A DNA stretch of 64,000 bases from Eledone cirrhosa (GCA_964016885.1 OZ024740.1:94116001-94180000), one strand, 5' to 3'; shown: positions 49,817 through 64,000, counted from the stretch's first letter. Numbers and translations: made by a program. Notes: generated by a model not told the origin, from the letters alone.

Positions 49817-52040
49817 GTAAAATTGTATTCCAAGGTTACTAAGTAGTTTCATTGTATGGAGTCATCTGACGTCGGAGATTGCTCAACGTATAATAAAGTG
49901 TGTTATAAAATCCGGGTAAAATATGGAGAAGAAGTTTATGAAACGGAAATGCGGGTATAAATAATTTATTAGGTAACCATTGTTTCTATAGTGTATGGGT
50001 TACCTATACCTCGCTACTTGAATAATATAAAAATATTATCATAAACCGAAGGTACACTGTAAGAAAACACACCATGTCGTCAGACCTTTGTATTGGAATG
50101 ATATGAAAATATTTTATACACTAGATAAAAGAGAAAGAAGGAGGTAGGAAGAGAAGGGGAAGAGGGAAGTGAGTAAGGGAAGGGAATCCAAGGATTTAAG
50201 ACTGTCAGACTAGTAGAGATTGAAAGGAGAGAATGTTTTGGCAGCAGTTATCTTAATGAGGCGTGTTAGAGTTGGCGGGGGAGTAAATTTTTCTAGTGGT
50301 GTTGTTTGGACAAAATTTAGTTAGAGGGGTCAAAGGGGTACAGAGTTACAGACAAGTTATTGGGGCTATTATAGTAGCAGGTTATTTCTAAAGGTATCCA
50401 GAAAACAGTGTTTAGTTTTATTATTATAGAAAGCTATATCTTGTGTATAAACATATAAAACAGAAATGTGCAAACGGTGGTGTAAAAAGGTAACATTACA
50501 TGCATTTAAAAAAAGAAAAAGTCGTTTTCAAACGATGGTTGCAGTACAGTGAACGTTCAATTTTGCTGTTCGAAAGTTTGTTTACCGACGTTAAAATGCA
50601 GTATATCTCCATATTGCATAATTTACAGAATTGATGATTTTGCATATGCAGGCGCAGATGTGATAATTTGCCAATCAAGGGAGAATGCTTGATTGTTCCT
50701 CCGGAGCTGCCAGGCTTTATCGGCGAGGGTTGTTACGGAGCGCATTTTCTCGTACCTGATCGAATATCGATGTTGGTATCGGCGAGCTTTGAAAGAAGTT
50801 GCGGTACATCCGACGTAATACCATTTGTTGGTTCAGGAATTTATTGTACATCGGTAGACAATATTGCGTGGTAGGCACTGGTTATTCAGTGGACCCGTAC
50901 CTGGTTTGGTGCAGTTACAATTATTTTTATGTTTTGCAGTAGAATCCTGGATAGTGTGGTGGGTTGGAGTTGCGTGTTAGTGCGTTGTATGTTGCTATGC
51001 TGGTGCGCTGAGTCATTAGGGATGTACTTATTTAGTATTGCTGACTTGAGTTTTTTAATTAGGTGTTCTATGTTAGGTGCAGTGGAGTATGAGAGTCTAA
51101 TGGTGCGCGAGTTAAATATTTTATAGTATTTGTATGAAGTTGTAAAGTGTTTATTGATTAGTGTATAGAATTGTGAGATAATCTTAGTGCTAATAGAAAT
51201 ATGTACACGAGGTTATACCATATGTACTCTCTACGTCTGACTCTATTCGCTTGTTTGCACCTATTAGTATGCCTATTGATGTGTGTGTGTGGTGCAATAC
51301 TAGTTCGACTTAGATGTGTTTTATTCATAGTACTTATGTGGTTATCGTCTAGATATTCTATTTTCTCGCAGTAACCAGCTTTTCTAAGTGCGTCATTATA
51401 ATATTTATCATGCTCGTTGAAGGTCTGCAAATTAGACGACAGTTGAGAGATCCTTATGGATATACTTTTAGGGATAGATTTAACAATGGAATGGGGATGG
51501 TTCAATTTTACATTAACGTACTTGAGATTTTCATTAAGTTTGTGAAATGGCTCTATTTTACCGTTTTTAAGGTTGAAGGTGACATCCAAGAAGTTGACCA
51601 CCTTAAGATTGTGTTCGAAGGTAATATTAAGCCCTAGTTCTAAGAAAAGTTTCCTAATGTTTTTACGTCGCATTTCTAGGTTTTGTTTGTTCATATTCTT
51701 GAATAATGGAAGTGTATCGTCGCGGTATATTCCGCCGTGAAGGTCCGTATTATTCGCTCTGGAGTCTGTGGGCTATATAGATCCCAACCAGATCCCTGAC
51801 CTCCGCTGAATCATTAGAACCCATCATAATGTCGAATTCCGAGGGTCTATCTCTGCGGACCCAATAACTATTTTCAAAATGCACAACCGTGCGTCTAGCT
51901 TCAAGTATAATATAAATTTCCTCGTTTGTGAGGTCCGAGTTAGTCTTAGCGAAGAGAGGGCCTTATGCAGGGTTTCGGGTGAAATAGAGGAATAGTATTC
52001 ATCTATTCGATATATATGAATACTATACCTCTATTTCACC
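49815..52040 (-). mobile_element. 5'-truncated decayed Hydra-type PLE with a short terminal inversion
   Basis: DEYYSSISP, MGSNDSAEV, GIYRDD, VNFLDVTFNL, CNCTKPGT, YYVGCTATSFKARRYQHR; 51978-52040 is a small palindrome. Confidence 0.88.
49971..50087 (-). ncRNA. Type I hammerhead, canonical core, 90-nt stem II domain
   Basis: aggt-CTGACGA-c atggtgtg...tacactat a-GAAA-caatgg-TT-acct-AATAAA; nested tacc.tcg/cga.ggta and ataatat/atattat helices. Confidence 0.8.
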
Positions 52041-52044
52041 CTTT

Positions 52045-54272
52045 GGTTTGTGGAAACGTTCGCTGGCAAAGAACGGGAAAAAACGAATAATACGTCATTA
52101 ATAGGAGCGGTGAAAAACAATTATGCGCAAAGACAGAACCACGTTTATGGTATAAAAGAGGTCGTAAAATTAATGTTCCCTTAAGTGGTGCATATAGACT
52201 TTCTCTGGCAATGAACGAAAAAACGAAGATAATACGCCATATGTTGATCGTGGGGAACAATAGCACGCCAAGACAAAACCACGTAAATGATATAGCATAA
52301 GTCGTAGACTAAAATTCTAACTAGGAGACCAAATGAATCTCCGCTACAGAGTTAAGAACAAAGTAAATAAATACAATACAGAAGTAATAGAAATAAATAA
52401 ATACATACACGCAAACAAATACGTACTTACCCGCAAACAAATACGTACATACACAAGCATACGCAAAACCTTACCATAGGTATACAAAACCCCGCACATA
52501 TAAATGTGTGTGTGTGTATGCGGGTATACAAATACATAAATAATTATATAAACGTATAAGAATAAATAAATACGTATATAACAATCGCACACGCATAACT
52601 ACATGTAAATACACGAATGTTCGGAGACGTAAGTCAACTAAAACAAGAAGTACACATATACACACACCCACCATACGTACAAACCTGCATACTCGCAGAG
52701 ACGCAAAACTCCCGTATACACATAGCCAAACCCTATGTACCAGAATATATAAAATTATACGCCATAACAATCAAATATACGTACGAGAAGGTATACGTAC
52801 CTTCACAAAACATACTGGTAATATATACTTACCTATGCAAATAAGTAAAGGAATAAACAAAACATATACTCAGCTCCCACATCAAGACGTAAAATATCCA
52901 CGTATAGATTATACTATCCGTTAGGGTATAACGTGGGGCTGTAATACAGGAAAGTTTTGTGCAATTTATGTTTACAAGCCGAAACGTCCTCAGATTTTTT
53001 TTTAAGATGTGGTCTGTGCCGTAGAGTATTCCCAGGTCCACAGTGGCGCAGAGGTCTCATGGTCTTTTATTTTCGTTATACGATCTAGACCTAGCTAGGA
53101 TATCCCAGTGTAACTTATATTGGGTGTGGTTGTCTTTTAGACTCCAGATATAAGCTGAAAGTGACGTCATATTCATTCTTAGAGGGTAACGAAAATAATG
53201 AGTATGCATGTAAAGACGCTGCTTGAAACTATTGGCGGTTAACCCTATGTAGGCCCTAAGTGACGTGGGTGTTACAACCTTACATTTGTAGACAGTGTTA
53301 CTAGAGAGGCATTTCCCGGATAGGGGGCAATCAGCCCGATTCCTACAATAACAGTTTGTACTAACTACAGGGCTGCACGTGTTTCTAGTTTAGCTAAATT
53401 TGAAGATGTGATGTTATGTGCAAGGTTAGGAGTGGTAGAGTAAGAAATTTTAATAGCATTTCTATTAAAATGTTACTATATTTATGTGTAGGGGGAAAAT
53501 GCTTCGTAATAAGGGAAAGAAAGATCTTAGCTAATGGTGTGGCCACCTCCATATTAAATGGTGCGTTATACCAACAAATGCGACGGGATCTATTTCTTTT
53601 AGGTCTATTTTCGTGCTTTGTATATGCTACCTTATTGACAAATCCACTTCGAGCAAGAGCTTCATTGTAATAAGTGGAATGGTCGTTGAAAATACGCTCG
53701 TTGGTGGAAAGACCGGAAAGCCTCAACGAAACGATTCTCACCAGGTTCTTGGTTATGCTGGCAGGATGGTTGGAATGCTTACTTATGTAATTAAGCGTAT
53801 CATTCGGCTTTCTATACGGGTAATACAACCCATTCAATAAATTGAGGGTAACGTCGAAGTAATTAACGACCGAGAGATTGGCCTCAACCTGTATAGAGAG
53901 GTTGAAGCCTTTAAAGAAGGCTGTGAGTTCTTTTCTGAACCTGTCGCAAGCACGAGGTCCGCACTTATCAAGGTCAAAAGACCATCGTCACGGTAAAAAC
54001 CACCGCCCGCGTTGGGGAATTCGTCCTTGATAGAGAAAAGAAGGAAAATGCCAATAAGATCAGTAACCTCCGCAGAGTCACTGGCGCCCATACTCACGTC
54101 GAATGGGGTACTATTGGATATTTTAATCCAAATAGAGTCGTCGAAATTAATCACCGACTTTCTGGCATTGAGGATGACATCAACATCGAAATCCTTAACA
54201 GTTTCAGAAGATCCCGTTAAGGGTGAAAGCAGCGATTATTTGCTTAAACTTTAATCTGTTATTTTAATAAAT
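52045..54272 (-). mobile_element. 5'-truncated Hydra-type PLE with inverted pLTR at its 5' end
   Basis: MGASDSAEV, GFYRDDGL, SKHSNHP, ICWYNAPFN, CYCRNRADCPL, AYIGLTANSFKQRLYMH; 54197-54272 pLTR on +. Confidence 0.85.
54200..54250 (+). ncRNA. Hammerhead variant with CAGAAGA core
   Basis: agttt-CAGAAGA-tccc gttaa gggt-GAA-AGCA gcgattatt TGCT-T-aaact. Confidence 0.62.
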
Positions 54273-54279
54273 ATATATG

Positions 54280-54330
<51 letters not shown>

Positions 54331-54413
54331 GTATATTTATATGTATATATGTATATATATATATATATGTATACATATATATATATGTATATATATGTAT
54401 GTATATATATATG

Positions 54414-54479
<66 letters not shown>

Positions 54480-54548
54480 TATATATAAAGTATATATATA
54501 TGTATATATGTATATATATGTATATATGTATATATATATATATATATG

Positions 54549-54608
<60 letters not shown>

Positions 54609-54626
54609 TGTATGTATATATATATG

Positions 54627-54712
<86 letters not shown>

Positions 54713-54767
54713 TATATATATGTATATATATGTATATATATATATATGTGTATATATATATATATAC

Positions 54768-55187
54768 AAATGGGCGGAAGAAAACAACATGCAGTTTAAT
54801 GCTGGCAAATTCCAAGCCCTACAATACAAACCTGCAAACACAAATATAGTGGAACACAACTACACAGGACCAGGAGGGACCGATATCCCCGTGTCAAAAT
54901 TGATACTAGACCTGGGCATAGACATGAGCGATGATGCATCTTTTTCTTCACACATCATGAAAGTGGCGACAATGTGCAGACGACTCGTTGCCTGGATCTT
55001 GAGGACTTTCCGGACAAGAGATCTAGACACCATATTGACACTATGGAGGACATTTGTCCTAAGCCGCCTGGACTACTGCTCCCAGTGTTGGTCACCCCAT
55101 AGTGTCAAACTACCCACGGAGCTTGAAGCAATCCAACGAAGCTACACCAAGGGGATTGCCAAGATGAGGGAGACAAGCTACTGGTAG
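54768..55187 (+). mobile_element. CR1-group LINE RT C-terminal fragment
   Basis: [45 protein letters not shown]. Confidence 0.8.
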
Positions 55188-56065
<878 letters not shown>

Positions 56066-56094
56066 TATATATACATATCTCTCTCTATATATAT

Positions 56095-56150
<56 letters not shown>

Positions 56151-56153
56151 AAA

Positions 56154-56197
<44 letters not shown>

Positions 56198-56248
56198 AAA
56201 AAGAGATGAAATCGAAAATGCAACTGGAGTCTTATTTTTTAATTGGTA

Positions 56249-56286
56249 CCTTTACCGGTTTCGCAGTTCTGCTGCTTTTCAAAAGG
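56249..56286 (-). ncRNA. Minimal hammerhead, U3-A8 core
   Basis: cctt-TTGAAAA-gcag cagaa ctgc-GAAA-ccgg-TA-aagg. Confidence 0.8.
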
Positions 56287-56815
56287 TGAGTTGAGATGGA
56301 GGGTCTGTGGTTTTTCTCACATCTGGTTGGTCTCTGAATGTTACTTGTTTTATATGGAAAAAGTGGCTCGAAATGCCAGGTTTTTCGAGAAGTAATTTGA
56401 TTGGTTTGTCAATAATTATAATAAATTTCGCGCCAGTTCGCGTTACAATAGTTCTTCAAATAAGAGGGGGGGGGGGGGTTCACAGGTTGTTTTTTTTTTC
56501 ATATATGAGTGTTTGAATTTCTTTTTACTTGAAAAAAAGAGGCTCACGAAGGCTTTTTTTTTGGTTGGTGATAAATGAAATTATGGCTGTCACGTGAACA
56601 AATTTTCATTAAATTGTTGTGCCCTTATTTGCAAATCCATTCTGTAGCCTTTTTAGAGAATTTTTTGATCAGTGAAAGGTAATGGTCAAGAGAAAGGGAT
56701 GGGAGAATTGTTCTGGTTCAGTGAATATGGTTAGTTCGCTGAGGTGACAGAATTCAGATTTTCTATTGAATAAAGAAAGTAAAGATATGTGTGTTTATTT
56801 GTGTGCTTGTGTGTG

Positions 56816-56846
<31 letters not shown>

Positions 56847-57747
56847 TTGAATTTCTTTACTTAAAAAAAAGGTGCCTCACGAAGGTTTTTTTTTAATAAA
56901 CGTGATTTGAATGGTTATTTATGAAATTGGCTGTCACGTGAACTCTGACACCCCAGCGAACTAACCATATTCACTCAACCAGAACAATTCTCCCAATCCC
57001 ATTTCTCTTGACCACTATCTTTCCATTGTCATAACATTCGCTATAAAGACTACAGAATAGTTTTCCAAATAAGGGCGCAAAAATGTAATGAAAACTTGTT
57101 CACGTGACAGCTAAATTTCATTTATAACCAATCATATCACTTTTATTAAAAAAAAGCCTTCGTGAGCCACCTTTTTTTAAAGTAAAGAAATTCAAACACA
57201 CACACAAACACACGCACACACACACACAAGCACACACATAAACACACATATCTTTACATTCTTTATTGAATAGAAAATCTGAATTCTGACACCCCAGCGA
57301 ACTAACCATATTCACTGAACCAGAACAATTCTCCCATCCCTTTCTCTTGACCATTATCTTTCACTTATCAAAAAATTCTCTAAAAAGGCTACAGAATGGA
57401 TTTCCAAATAAGGGCACAAAAATTAAATGATAATTTGTTCACGTGACAGCCATAATTTCATTTATATCCAACCAAAAAAAAGCCTTCGTGAGCCTCCTTT
57501 TTTCAAGTAAAAAGAAATTCAAAAACACTCATATATGAAAAAAACAACCTGTGACAACCCCCCCCCCCTCTTATTTGAAGAACTATTGTAACGCGAACTG
57601 GCGGGAAATGTATTATAATTATTGACAAACCAATCAAATTACTTCTCGAAAAACCTGGCAGTTCGAGCCACCTTTTCCATATAAAACAAGTAACATTCAG
57701 AGACCAACCAGATGTGAGAAAAACCACAGACCCTCCATCTCAACTCA

Positions 57748-57785
57748 CCTTTTGAAAAGCAGAAGAACTGCGAAACCGGTAAAGG
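57748..57785 (+). ncRNA. Minimal hammerhead, U3-A8 core
   Basis: cctt-TTGAAAA-gcag aagaa ctgc-GAAA-ccgg-TA-aagg. Confidence 0.8.
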
Positions 57786-57916
57786 AACCAAATAAATATA
57801 TATATTTAAAAAAAATAAGACTCCAGTTGCATTTTCGATTTCATCTCTTTTTCTTTATACTTTCACTCGTGTAGAACACCTCGGTTATTTTTCATTTTGT
57901 AAAAAAAACCTCACTT

Positions 57917-57974
<58 letters not shown>

Positions 57975-57984
57975 CATATGTAGT

Positions 57985-60790
57985 TTAGAAAGCCACAACA
58001 ATGCAGATGGGAAATCTCGAGGTAAGAAGTGAGTGAGAAATAGGAGAAAAATGAAAATGAAAACAAAACAAAGGTAGAAGGGTTACCGTAGTGGAGATTT
58101 AATCCTAATATTTCGGGCTCACGCCCATCAACGGGGGAAAGTTCCAAAAGGGGGGGAACAGGCTAAGCCGGAGAAAGTTGTATTGTCGTTAAAACATAGG
58201 AATGCCGTTATGGGGAAAATTCAAACGAGGGAAAGAATGCGCGTGCGCGTAATAGGCTGTGGCAAAAGCTACTGACCAATTGGGTTAAATCAATAGGGTG
58301 CGCTAGCGTGTGGAAGCCGTAAAATATGTGTGTGTAAATATACATGTGTGTGTAACTGTGTGTGTAACTGTGTGTGTATATGTGTATGTGTGCATGTATG
58401 TGAGTGTGTGTGTGAAAGATAGTGGGCCGTAGAAGCTGGAAAACAAAGATTGTGAAAGGTGGTAGGTAGTATAAACAATATGTGCGTGTATAAATATAGA
58501 TGTGTGTGTATGTGTATGGGTATACATATAAGTGCGTGTGTGTGAAAGATAGTAGGCCGTAGGGGCTGTTACTGGTCACTATGGTTAAATTAGCCATGTC
58601 AGCTCATTTCTCTCAGCCCGGTTGTTAAGTGGGGTTCTGAGGTTCTTAATAACAAGTGCTTCCTTTATCCTTAAGGATCCGATGCTGCGTTCAGTCGCTA
58701 GGACTGTGACCAAGGGTCTGCCCTGTGGGTTTCCGCATTTAAGGATGTGTTTACGGAAGGAAGATGCGTTGTGGTTGACATGTTCCTTGATGCGAACATG
58801 TAGGGGTCGGATGGTGCTACATATGTAGAACTTGTTACATTTATCGCATTGAATCTTATATACGACATAGGTGCGTAGGCAATCTGCCCCCCGTATCGGG
58901 CAGTTGCTGAGGGAACACGTCCCATCTGACTCGTCGGGTTTGTTGGAGAGGCATCTTCGGAGCGAAGGTCCTGTGTGGGCCAAATGTATGTCAAGTCCCT
59001 CCCTCCGTATGGCCCTGCGGATGGCGTTCGTGGTATATTCACTCAGGTGGGGGTTTTTAAAGAAGCACCTGCTTTTATCTAAGTTCCTAGTGGGTATCTG
59101 TCTATTGGGTCTGGGGTCTCTAATTCCGTTAATCAGTCGCTTGGGATATCCATTAGACTTGAGTAGATTACGGAATTGCGTGGTATGGGTGAGACCACCC
59201 ATCGGGTCGCTGCATCTATTAGTGATCCGTGTAAGTTCATTTAGAACATAACCTCTCTTAGCGTTGTTGGGGAGGGCTGAGTTGTAATGCACAAATAAGT
59301 CCTTGCACGCTGCCTTGCGGTAGAAGGTGGTGTTTATGTCTCCTTCTTCCGAGATTTTGATACGGAAGTCGAGGAGGGCGAGTGACCCGTCTTCTCCAGG
59401 GTGTTCGATGGTGAAATCGACGTGATGGTCAGTGTCGTTGAAGATTTGGTGAATTTCATTCGCCATCTCCCGGGAAGAAGTGAGAATCAGTATGTCATCG
59501 ACGTATCTGGAGTAGAAGGCGACGGCGTTGGGTTGGCAGGTGTTGAGTGCCTTGCGTTCCAGGTGGTCCATGTACGAGATCGCAAGTATGCCGGACAGAC
59601 TAGAGCCCATAGGTAGCCCAGAGATCTGTTTGTACGTGTGGCCGAGGAAATTGAACAATGCATTATCCACGACGAAGGAGAGGAGTTGGTGGATATCCGT
59701 GTGTGTGAGTCCGAAGCAGTGTAAGTTAGATGCTCGGACTCGTTCGGTCAACAGGTCGACGGCTGGGGATACTGGTACGGAGGTATAAAGGGCGACCACA
59801 TCAAGACTGAAGGCATATCCGTTGTCCTTTCTGGTGTTGGGGGCCAGATGGTGTAGTCGCTCCAAGACCTCCTTTGAGCTGCAGACGCGGGCTGGTAGTG
59901 TGTGTAGAATGGGTTTCAGTAGTGTGGAGAGCAGCCACGATATTTTGTAAAGTGGGCCCTCCACGCTAGAGACAATGGGCCTGATTTTCAAATCGGGTCC
60001 TTCTTTATGGGTTTTCACCAGGTGGTAGAAGGTGGGTAGTTTGCTGTTTCGAGTCATTATGTTGTTTGTTACCTTCTTTGGCAGTTTTCGTTGGACACAG
60101 ATGTTAGTCCATATGGTGTTAATGCCTTCCTCAATTAGAGTCGAGGAGGTCCCTGTGACTTTAAAGTAGAGGCTGTCGTCATTAAGATGTTGGAGAGCTA
60201 AGTTGTTGTAGGTCTCTCTCGAGATGACACAGAATTATTTCCCCTTGTCAGAGGGAAGGTAAACAAGGTTCCTGGATCTTAGGTTGGTGACAGTATTAAA
60301 TTGTGCATTGGTGAGGTTGCGTTTATTGTGTGTGTGTGTGTGTGTTGGGAAAGGATGTTAGAGATAGAATGTTTCAACCTGAGTAGTTTAGTGTCAAGTT
60401 CGTGGTTGGTGGGTGGGGGGAGTGGGTTATCGAGGTGGTACGTGGGGAGTGGGGGGGGGGTTGTAATCGATCTCGGTGTTGTTTTGGATGGCGGTTAGCC
60501 ATTTCAATTGATACGCTGTCCGACAGAAGTTGGTTTCGATGTCGAGTTTCAGTCTATCATCGAGACGCTGTGTAATGATGAACTTGTGTCCGAGGCGCCA
60601 GAGTTCGAGTTCGTCGTTCGTGAGGGTACCAGTTAGGTCGGTAACGAGGTGTGAAGCATCGTTGGTAGGTAGATCGCTCTTGGGGGGTGTAGCGGAGGGT
60701 GTTGTATCGTTGTTGCCCCTGGTGTGGTTGTAGTCGGTCCGTCTGTGGGAGCGGATGTTGTCATTGTAGTATTTGTTTACAGTCCATTCG
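57985..60790 (-). mobile_element. Canonical (YVDD) Penelope-like element with decayed HHR at 58103-58137
   Basis: ORF 58585-60057 continues upstream across one stop (PSDKGK*FCVI); ccc-CCGTTGA-tgggc gtga gccc-GAAA-tatt-agga in 3' UTR. Confidence 0.85.
58585..60057 (-). CDS. PLE reverse transcriptase + GIY-YIG endonuclease
   Basis: KTHK..IRPIVS, SLDVVALYTSVP, QISGLPMGSSLS, YSRYVDD, LLDF, YRK, VVYKIQCDKCNKFYICST.RPLHVRIKEH, IKEAL..LNN. Confidence 0.93.
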   Translation of the reverse strand: MTRNSKLPTFYHLVKTHKEGPDLKIRPIVSSVEGPLYKISWLLSTLLKPILHTLPARVCSSKEVLERLHHLAPNTRKDNGYAFSLDVVALYTSVPVSPAVDLLTERVRASNLHCFGLTHTDIHQLLSFVVDNALFNFLGHTYKQISGLPMGSSLSGILAISYMDHLERKALNTCQPNAVAFYSRYVDDILILTSSREMANEIHQIFNDTDHHVDFTIEHPGEDGSLALLDFRIKISEEGDINTTFYRKAACKDLFVHYNSALPNNAKRGYVLNELTRITNRCSDPMGGLTHTTQFRNLLKSNGYPKRLINGIRDPRPNRQIPTRNLDKSRCFFKNPHLSEYTTNAIRRAIRREGLDIHLAHTGPSLRRCLSNKPDESDGTCSLSNCPIRGADCLRTYVVYKIQCDKCNKFYICSTIRPLHVRIKEHVNHNASSFRKHILKCGNPQGRPLVTVLATERSIGSLRIKEALVIKNLRTPLNNRAERNELTWLI

Positions 60791-60851
60791 TATTTCCGTA
60801 TCGGAAATACGAATGGACTGTATGCATATATATATATATATGTATATATAT

Positions 60852-60885
<34 letters not shown>

Positions 60886-60918
60886 ATGTGTATATATATG
60901 TATATATATATATATGTA

Positions 60919-60987
<69 letters not shown>

Positions 60988-60988
60988 G

Positions 60989-61048
<60 letters not shown>

Positions 61049-61176
61049 TATGTATATATATATATTATATATATATGTATATATATATATGTATATATAT
61101 ATTTATATGTATATATATAGATATGTATATATATATATATGTATATATATGTATATATATATATATATAAAGTATG

Positions 61177-61225
<49 letters not shown>

Positions 61226-61326
61226 GTATATATATATGTATATATATATATGTATATATAAATATAAAATATATATATATATATGTAGAGATTACAGTAA
61301 TCAAAGTTTAGTTTAAGTCATTTATT

Positions 61327-61373
61327 TGCTTACAATTGTTTCCTCCAAACCGATGTTTGGATTCTTCGGAGCA
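61327..61373 (-). ncRNA. Minimal hammerhead, CCGAAGA core (solo pLTR about 61285-61465)
   Basis: tgct-CCGAAGA-a tccaaac atcg gtttgga g-GAAA-caattg-TA-agca-aataaa. Confidence 0.72.
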
Positions 61374-61464
61374 GCTATTTATAACATACTTGACCTCCTT
61401 TTCAACCCAAGAGACACATAAAACATATGCGCATATTGATCAACAGTGGGGTGACATTCATTAA

Positions 61465-61554
<90 letters not shown>

Positions 61555-61569
61555 ATATTTATATATATG

Positions 61570-61601
<32 letters not shown>

Positions 61602-61611
61602 TATAAATATG

Positions 61612-61669
<58 letters not shown>

Positions 61670-61679
61670 TATATAAATA

Positions 61680-61834
61680 TAACGAAGGAAATGTGGTAAG
61701 GAACTAGGTGGACCATAACGCAGCAAAGTACTCAATACTTAGGGTAGTAGAGTGGGTAATAGGAACGAGTAAGACCCCGCCGGCTGAGCTCAAGCCGTTT
61801 CGACGACTGATTCTGTACAGAATTAGCCGTCGAA

Positions 61835-61835
<1 letters not shown>
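61680..61835 (-). mobile_element. Solo pLTR of the 1-2136 family with fold-back in HHR stem II
   Basis: Reverse complement of about 2002-2136; inversion centred at ttctgtacagaa (about 61816). Confidence 0.85.
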
Positions 61836-61875
<40 letters not shown>

Positions 61876-61961
61876 GAAAACTTGAACTGGGACAGAACAG
61901 AGAGGCAGTACGATAAATGTTTATTAAATTCACGCTCAGGAGAGTGGGGGGTAGGTGGGGG

Positions 61962-61995
61962 ACGACGTTTCGGGCATAAGCCCTTCTTCAGGTGA
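61962..61995 (-). ncRNA. Minimal hammerhead in a PLE 3' end (about 61872-62790)
   Basis: cac-CTGAAGA-agggc ttat gccc-GAAA-cg-TC-gt. Confidence 0.65.
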
Positions 61996-62947
61996 GAAGT
62001 GTGTGGGAACAGAGTTCAAAAGGTGTGTAGGGGAGTGGTGGAGAGACATATAGCGAAAGGAAACGGTGCGAATGAAACATTAACAAATAAAGTCAAAAAA
62101 TATAATAAATAAACACAAAGCATGATCAAAATACAAGGAAAGAGAAAATTTAAAAATAAAGGCATGATCAAAATAAACTGAAATTAAAAGGGGGGTAAAC
62201 AGGTGGTGGAAGGGTGTGGGGTGAGTAGGGGTGGTGGCGGGTGGAGTGGGGAGAGGGAGATGAGGTGTCCGAGCCGGGAGGGCTGAAGTTGGTGTGTGTG
62301 GTTAGGTGTGCGTGTGTGTGTGTGTGTATGTGAAAGTGAGGTTTGGGGGAAGAACGGGGTTGCATGGTCAGGAAGGTGTGTGTGGGGGGTGTTTTTGTGG
62401 GTCGGAGTGTCTGTGCGTGTGTGGATAAGGGGGAGGGGGGAGAGGAATCAGGAGGCTGAAGGTGTAAATATGTGGTGGGAAGCACGTGTGTGTGGTTTAA
62501 GCGTGTTGTGGGTGTGGGTGGCGTGTGGATAAACAACATTTTTTGTTGGGGTGTGTGTGTGCGTGAGTTATATAGGTGATGGTGTAAGAGCATGGTTGAA
62601 AAGTTGGTAAGTTACACCGATGCTTGGAGATTTTAGTTACAAGTCAAATTCGCGTTTGGGTAATCCAAGAAGCGGTGGTCGAAAGAGGAGAGATGTGGGG
62701 TGCGCGCGCAACAGGAAGTGGTCAGCAGTGGGAGTGCTGTGGTCAGTTGGTGCTGAGAGGTGGTTGGAAGGGCATAGCAGCAGTCGGCGGAATGTATATG
62801 TATATATATATATATATATATGTATATGTATATATATATGTATATAATTATATATATATATATTGTATATAATTATATGTATATATTTATATATATATAT
62901 GTATATTTATATACATATATATATGTATATGTATTGATATATATATG

Positions 62948-62979
<32 letters not shown>

Positions 62980-62994
62980 TGTATATGTATATAT

Positions 62995-63042
<48 letters not shown>

Positions 63043-63045
63043 GTA

Positions 63046-63140
<95 letters not shown>

Positions 63141-63170
63141 AAAGAATAGAGGTGTAACACACAAGTTATT

Positions 63171-63571
63171 ATATATTGGTAAACGGAATAGAAAATGCTG
63201 ACAAAGTGTTCACAGTTGAAAAATGGTTTAATTAGGAATAAAAGAGTATTAGTGATTGTATGGGTTAGTATTTTGTTGTGGTTTTAAGTTTTTAAGTTTT
63301 TACCGGTTGCGCATTTCTAGATGCTTTTCAAAAAATAATTTTGAGGTAGCGTGTCCGTGCTGTTTGCTCTGATCTCAGATCAGAGCAAACAGTACGGACA
63401 CTCTATCTCAAAATTATTTTTGAAAAGCATCTAGAAATGCGAAACCGGTAAAAACTTAAAAACTTAAAACCACAACAAAATACTAACCCATACAAACACT
63501 AATACTCTTTTATTCCTAATTAAACCATTTTTCAACTGTAAACAATTTGTCAGCATTTTCTATTCCGTTTA

Positions 63572-63580
<9 letters not shown>
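63171..63580. repeat. 410-bp near-perfect palindrome (1-nt spacer at 63376) of two pLTR ends
   Basis: gctctgatct-c-agatcagagc centre; arms extend to atatattggtaaacgg / ccgtttaccaatatat. Confidence 0.92.
63417..63453 (+). ncRNA. Minimal hammerhead, U3-A8 core; mirror copy at 63298-63334 has GAAA changed to GCAA
   Basis: ttt-TTGAAAA-gcat ctagaa atgc-GAAA-ccgg-TA-aaa. Confidence 0.75.
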
Positions 63581-63634
<54 letters not shown>

Positions 63635-63662
63635 GTAAATAATTATATATATATGTTGTATA

Positions 63663-63702
<40 letters not shown>

Positions 63703-63709
63703 CATATAT

Positions 63710-63787
<78 letters not shown>

Positions 63788-63896
63788 GTATATATATATA
63801 TATGTATATGTATATATATATGTATATATATATATATAAATATATATGTATATATATATATATATGCATATATATATATATGCATATATATATACA

Positions 63897-63966
<70 letters not shown>

Positions 63967-64000
63967 TACACATATACATATACATATATATACATATATA

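Larger units (their letters stand above)
56195..57855. repeat. 1.66-kb palindrome of two inverted PLE 3' ends, with an internal partial duplication
   Basis: About 56195-56942 is the reverse complement of about 57100-57855; 56944-57115 duplicates 57285-57450. Confidence 0.9.

Noticed and set aside
52060-52310. HHR in the 3' UTR of the 52-54 kb element
   Set aside because: Only two diverged ~135-bp direct repeats; no ordered core boxes found

Overview
Eukaryotic, AT-rich, repeat-saturated DNA. It is probably cephalopod/octopus-like, judging from SINEs I recognise from memory and the huge (TA)n tracts. I can support no host gene, and most listed ORFs are microsatellite artefacts. The window is a dense cluster of Penelope-like retroelements (PLEs) sitting in (TA)n. 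At least 8 copies or fragments are Hydra-type (RT with YRDD, CxC-x5-C linker, C-terminal GIY-YIG), including a 5.1-kb inverted pair at 2182-7308. There is also one YVDD-type PLE, many solo or palindromic pseudo-LTRs, a Chapaev3-like DNA transposon with TIRs and AAA TSD, L1/Tx1, CR1, RTE and RLE-type LINE fragments, SINEs and mariner-like MITEs. The main hidden signal is RNA structure: about 20 complete or decayed type-I hammerhead ribozyme (HHR) motifs in the PLE termini. They include C3-G8 to U3-A8 compensatory cores and U4A/U4C variants. Six have stem II expanded to a 54-90 nt domain that length-limited searches would miss. Several fold-back or inverted junctions map inside that stem II. All structures were read by eye; activity and novelty are untested.
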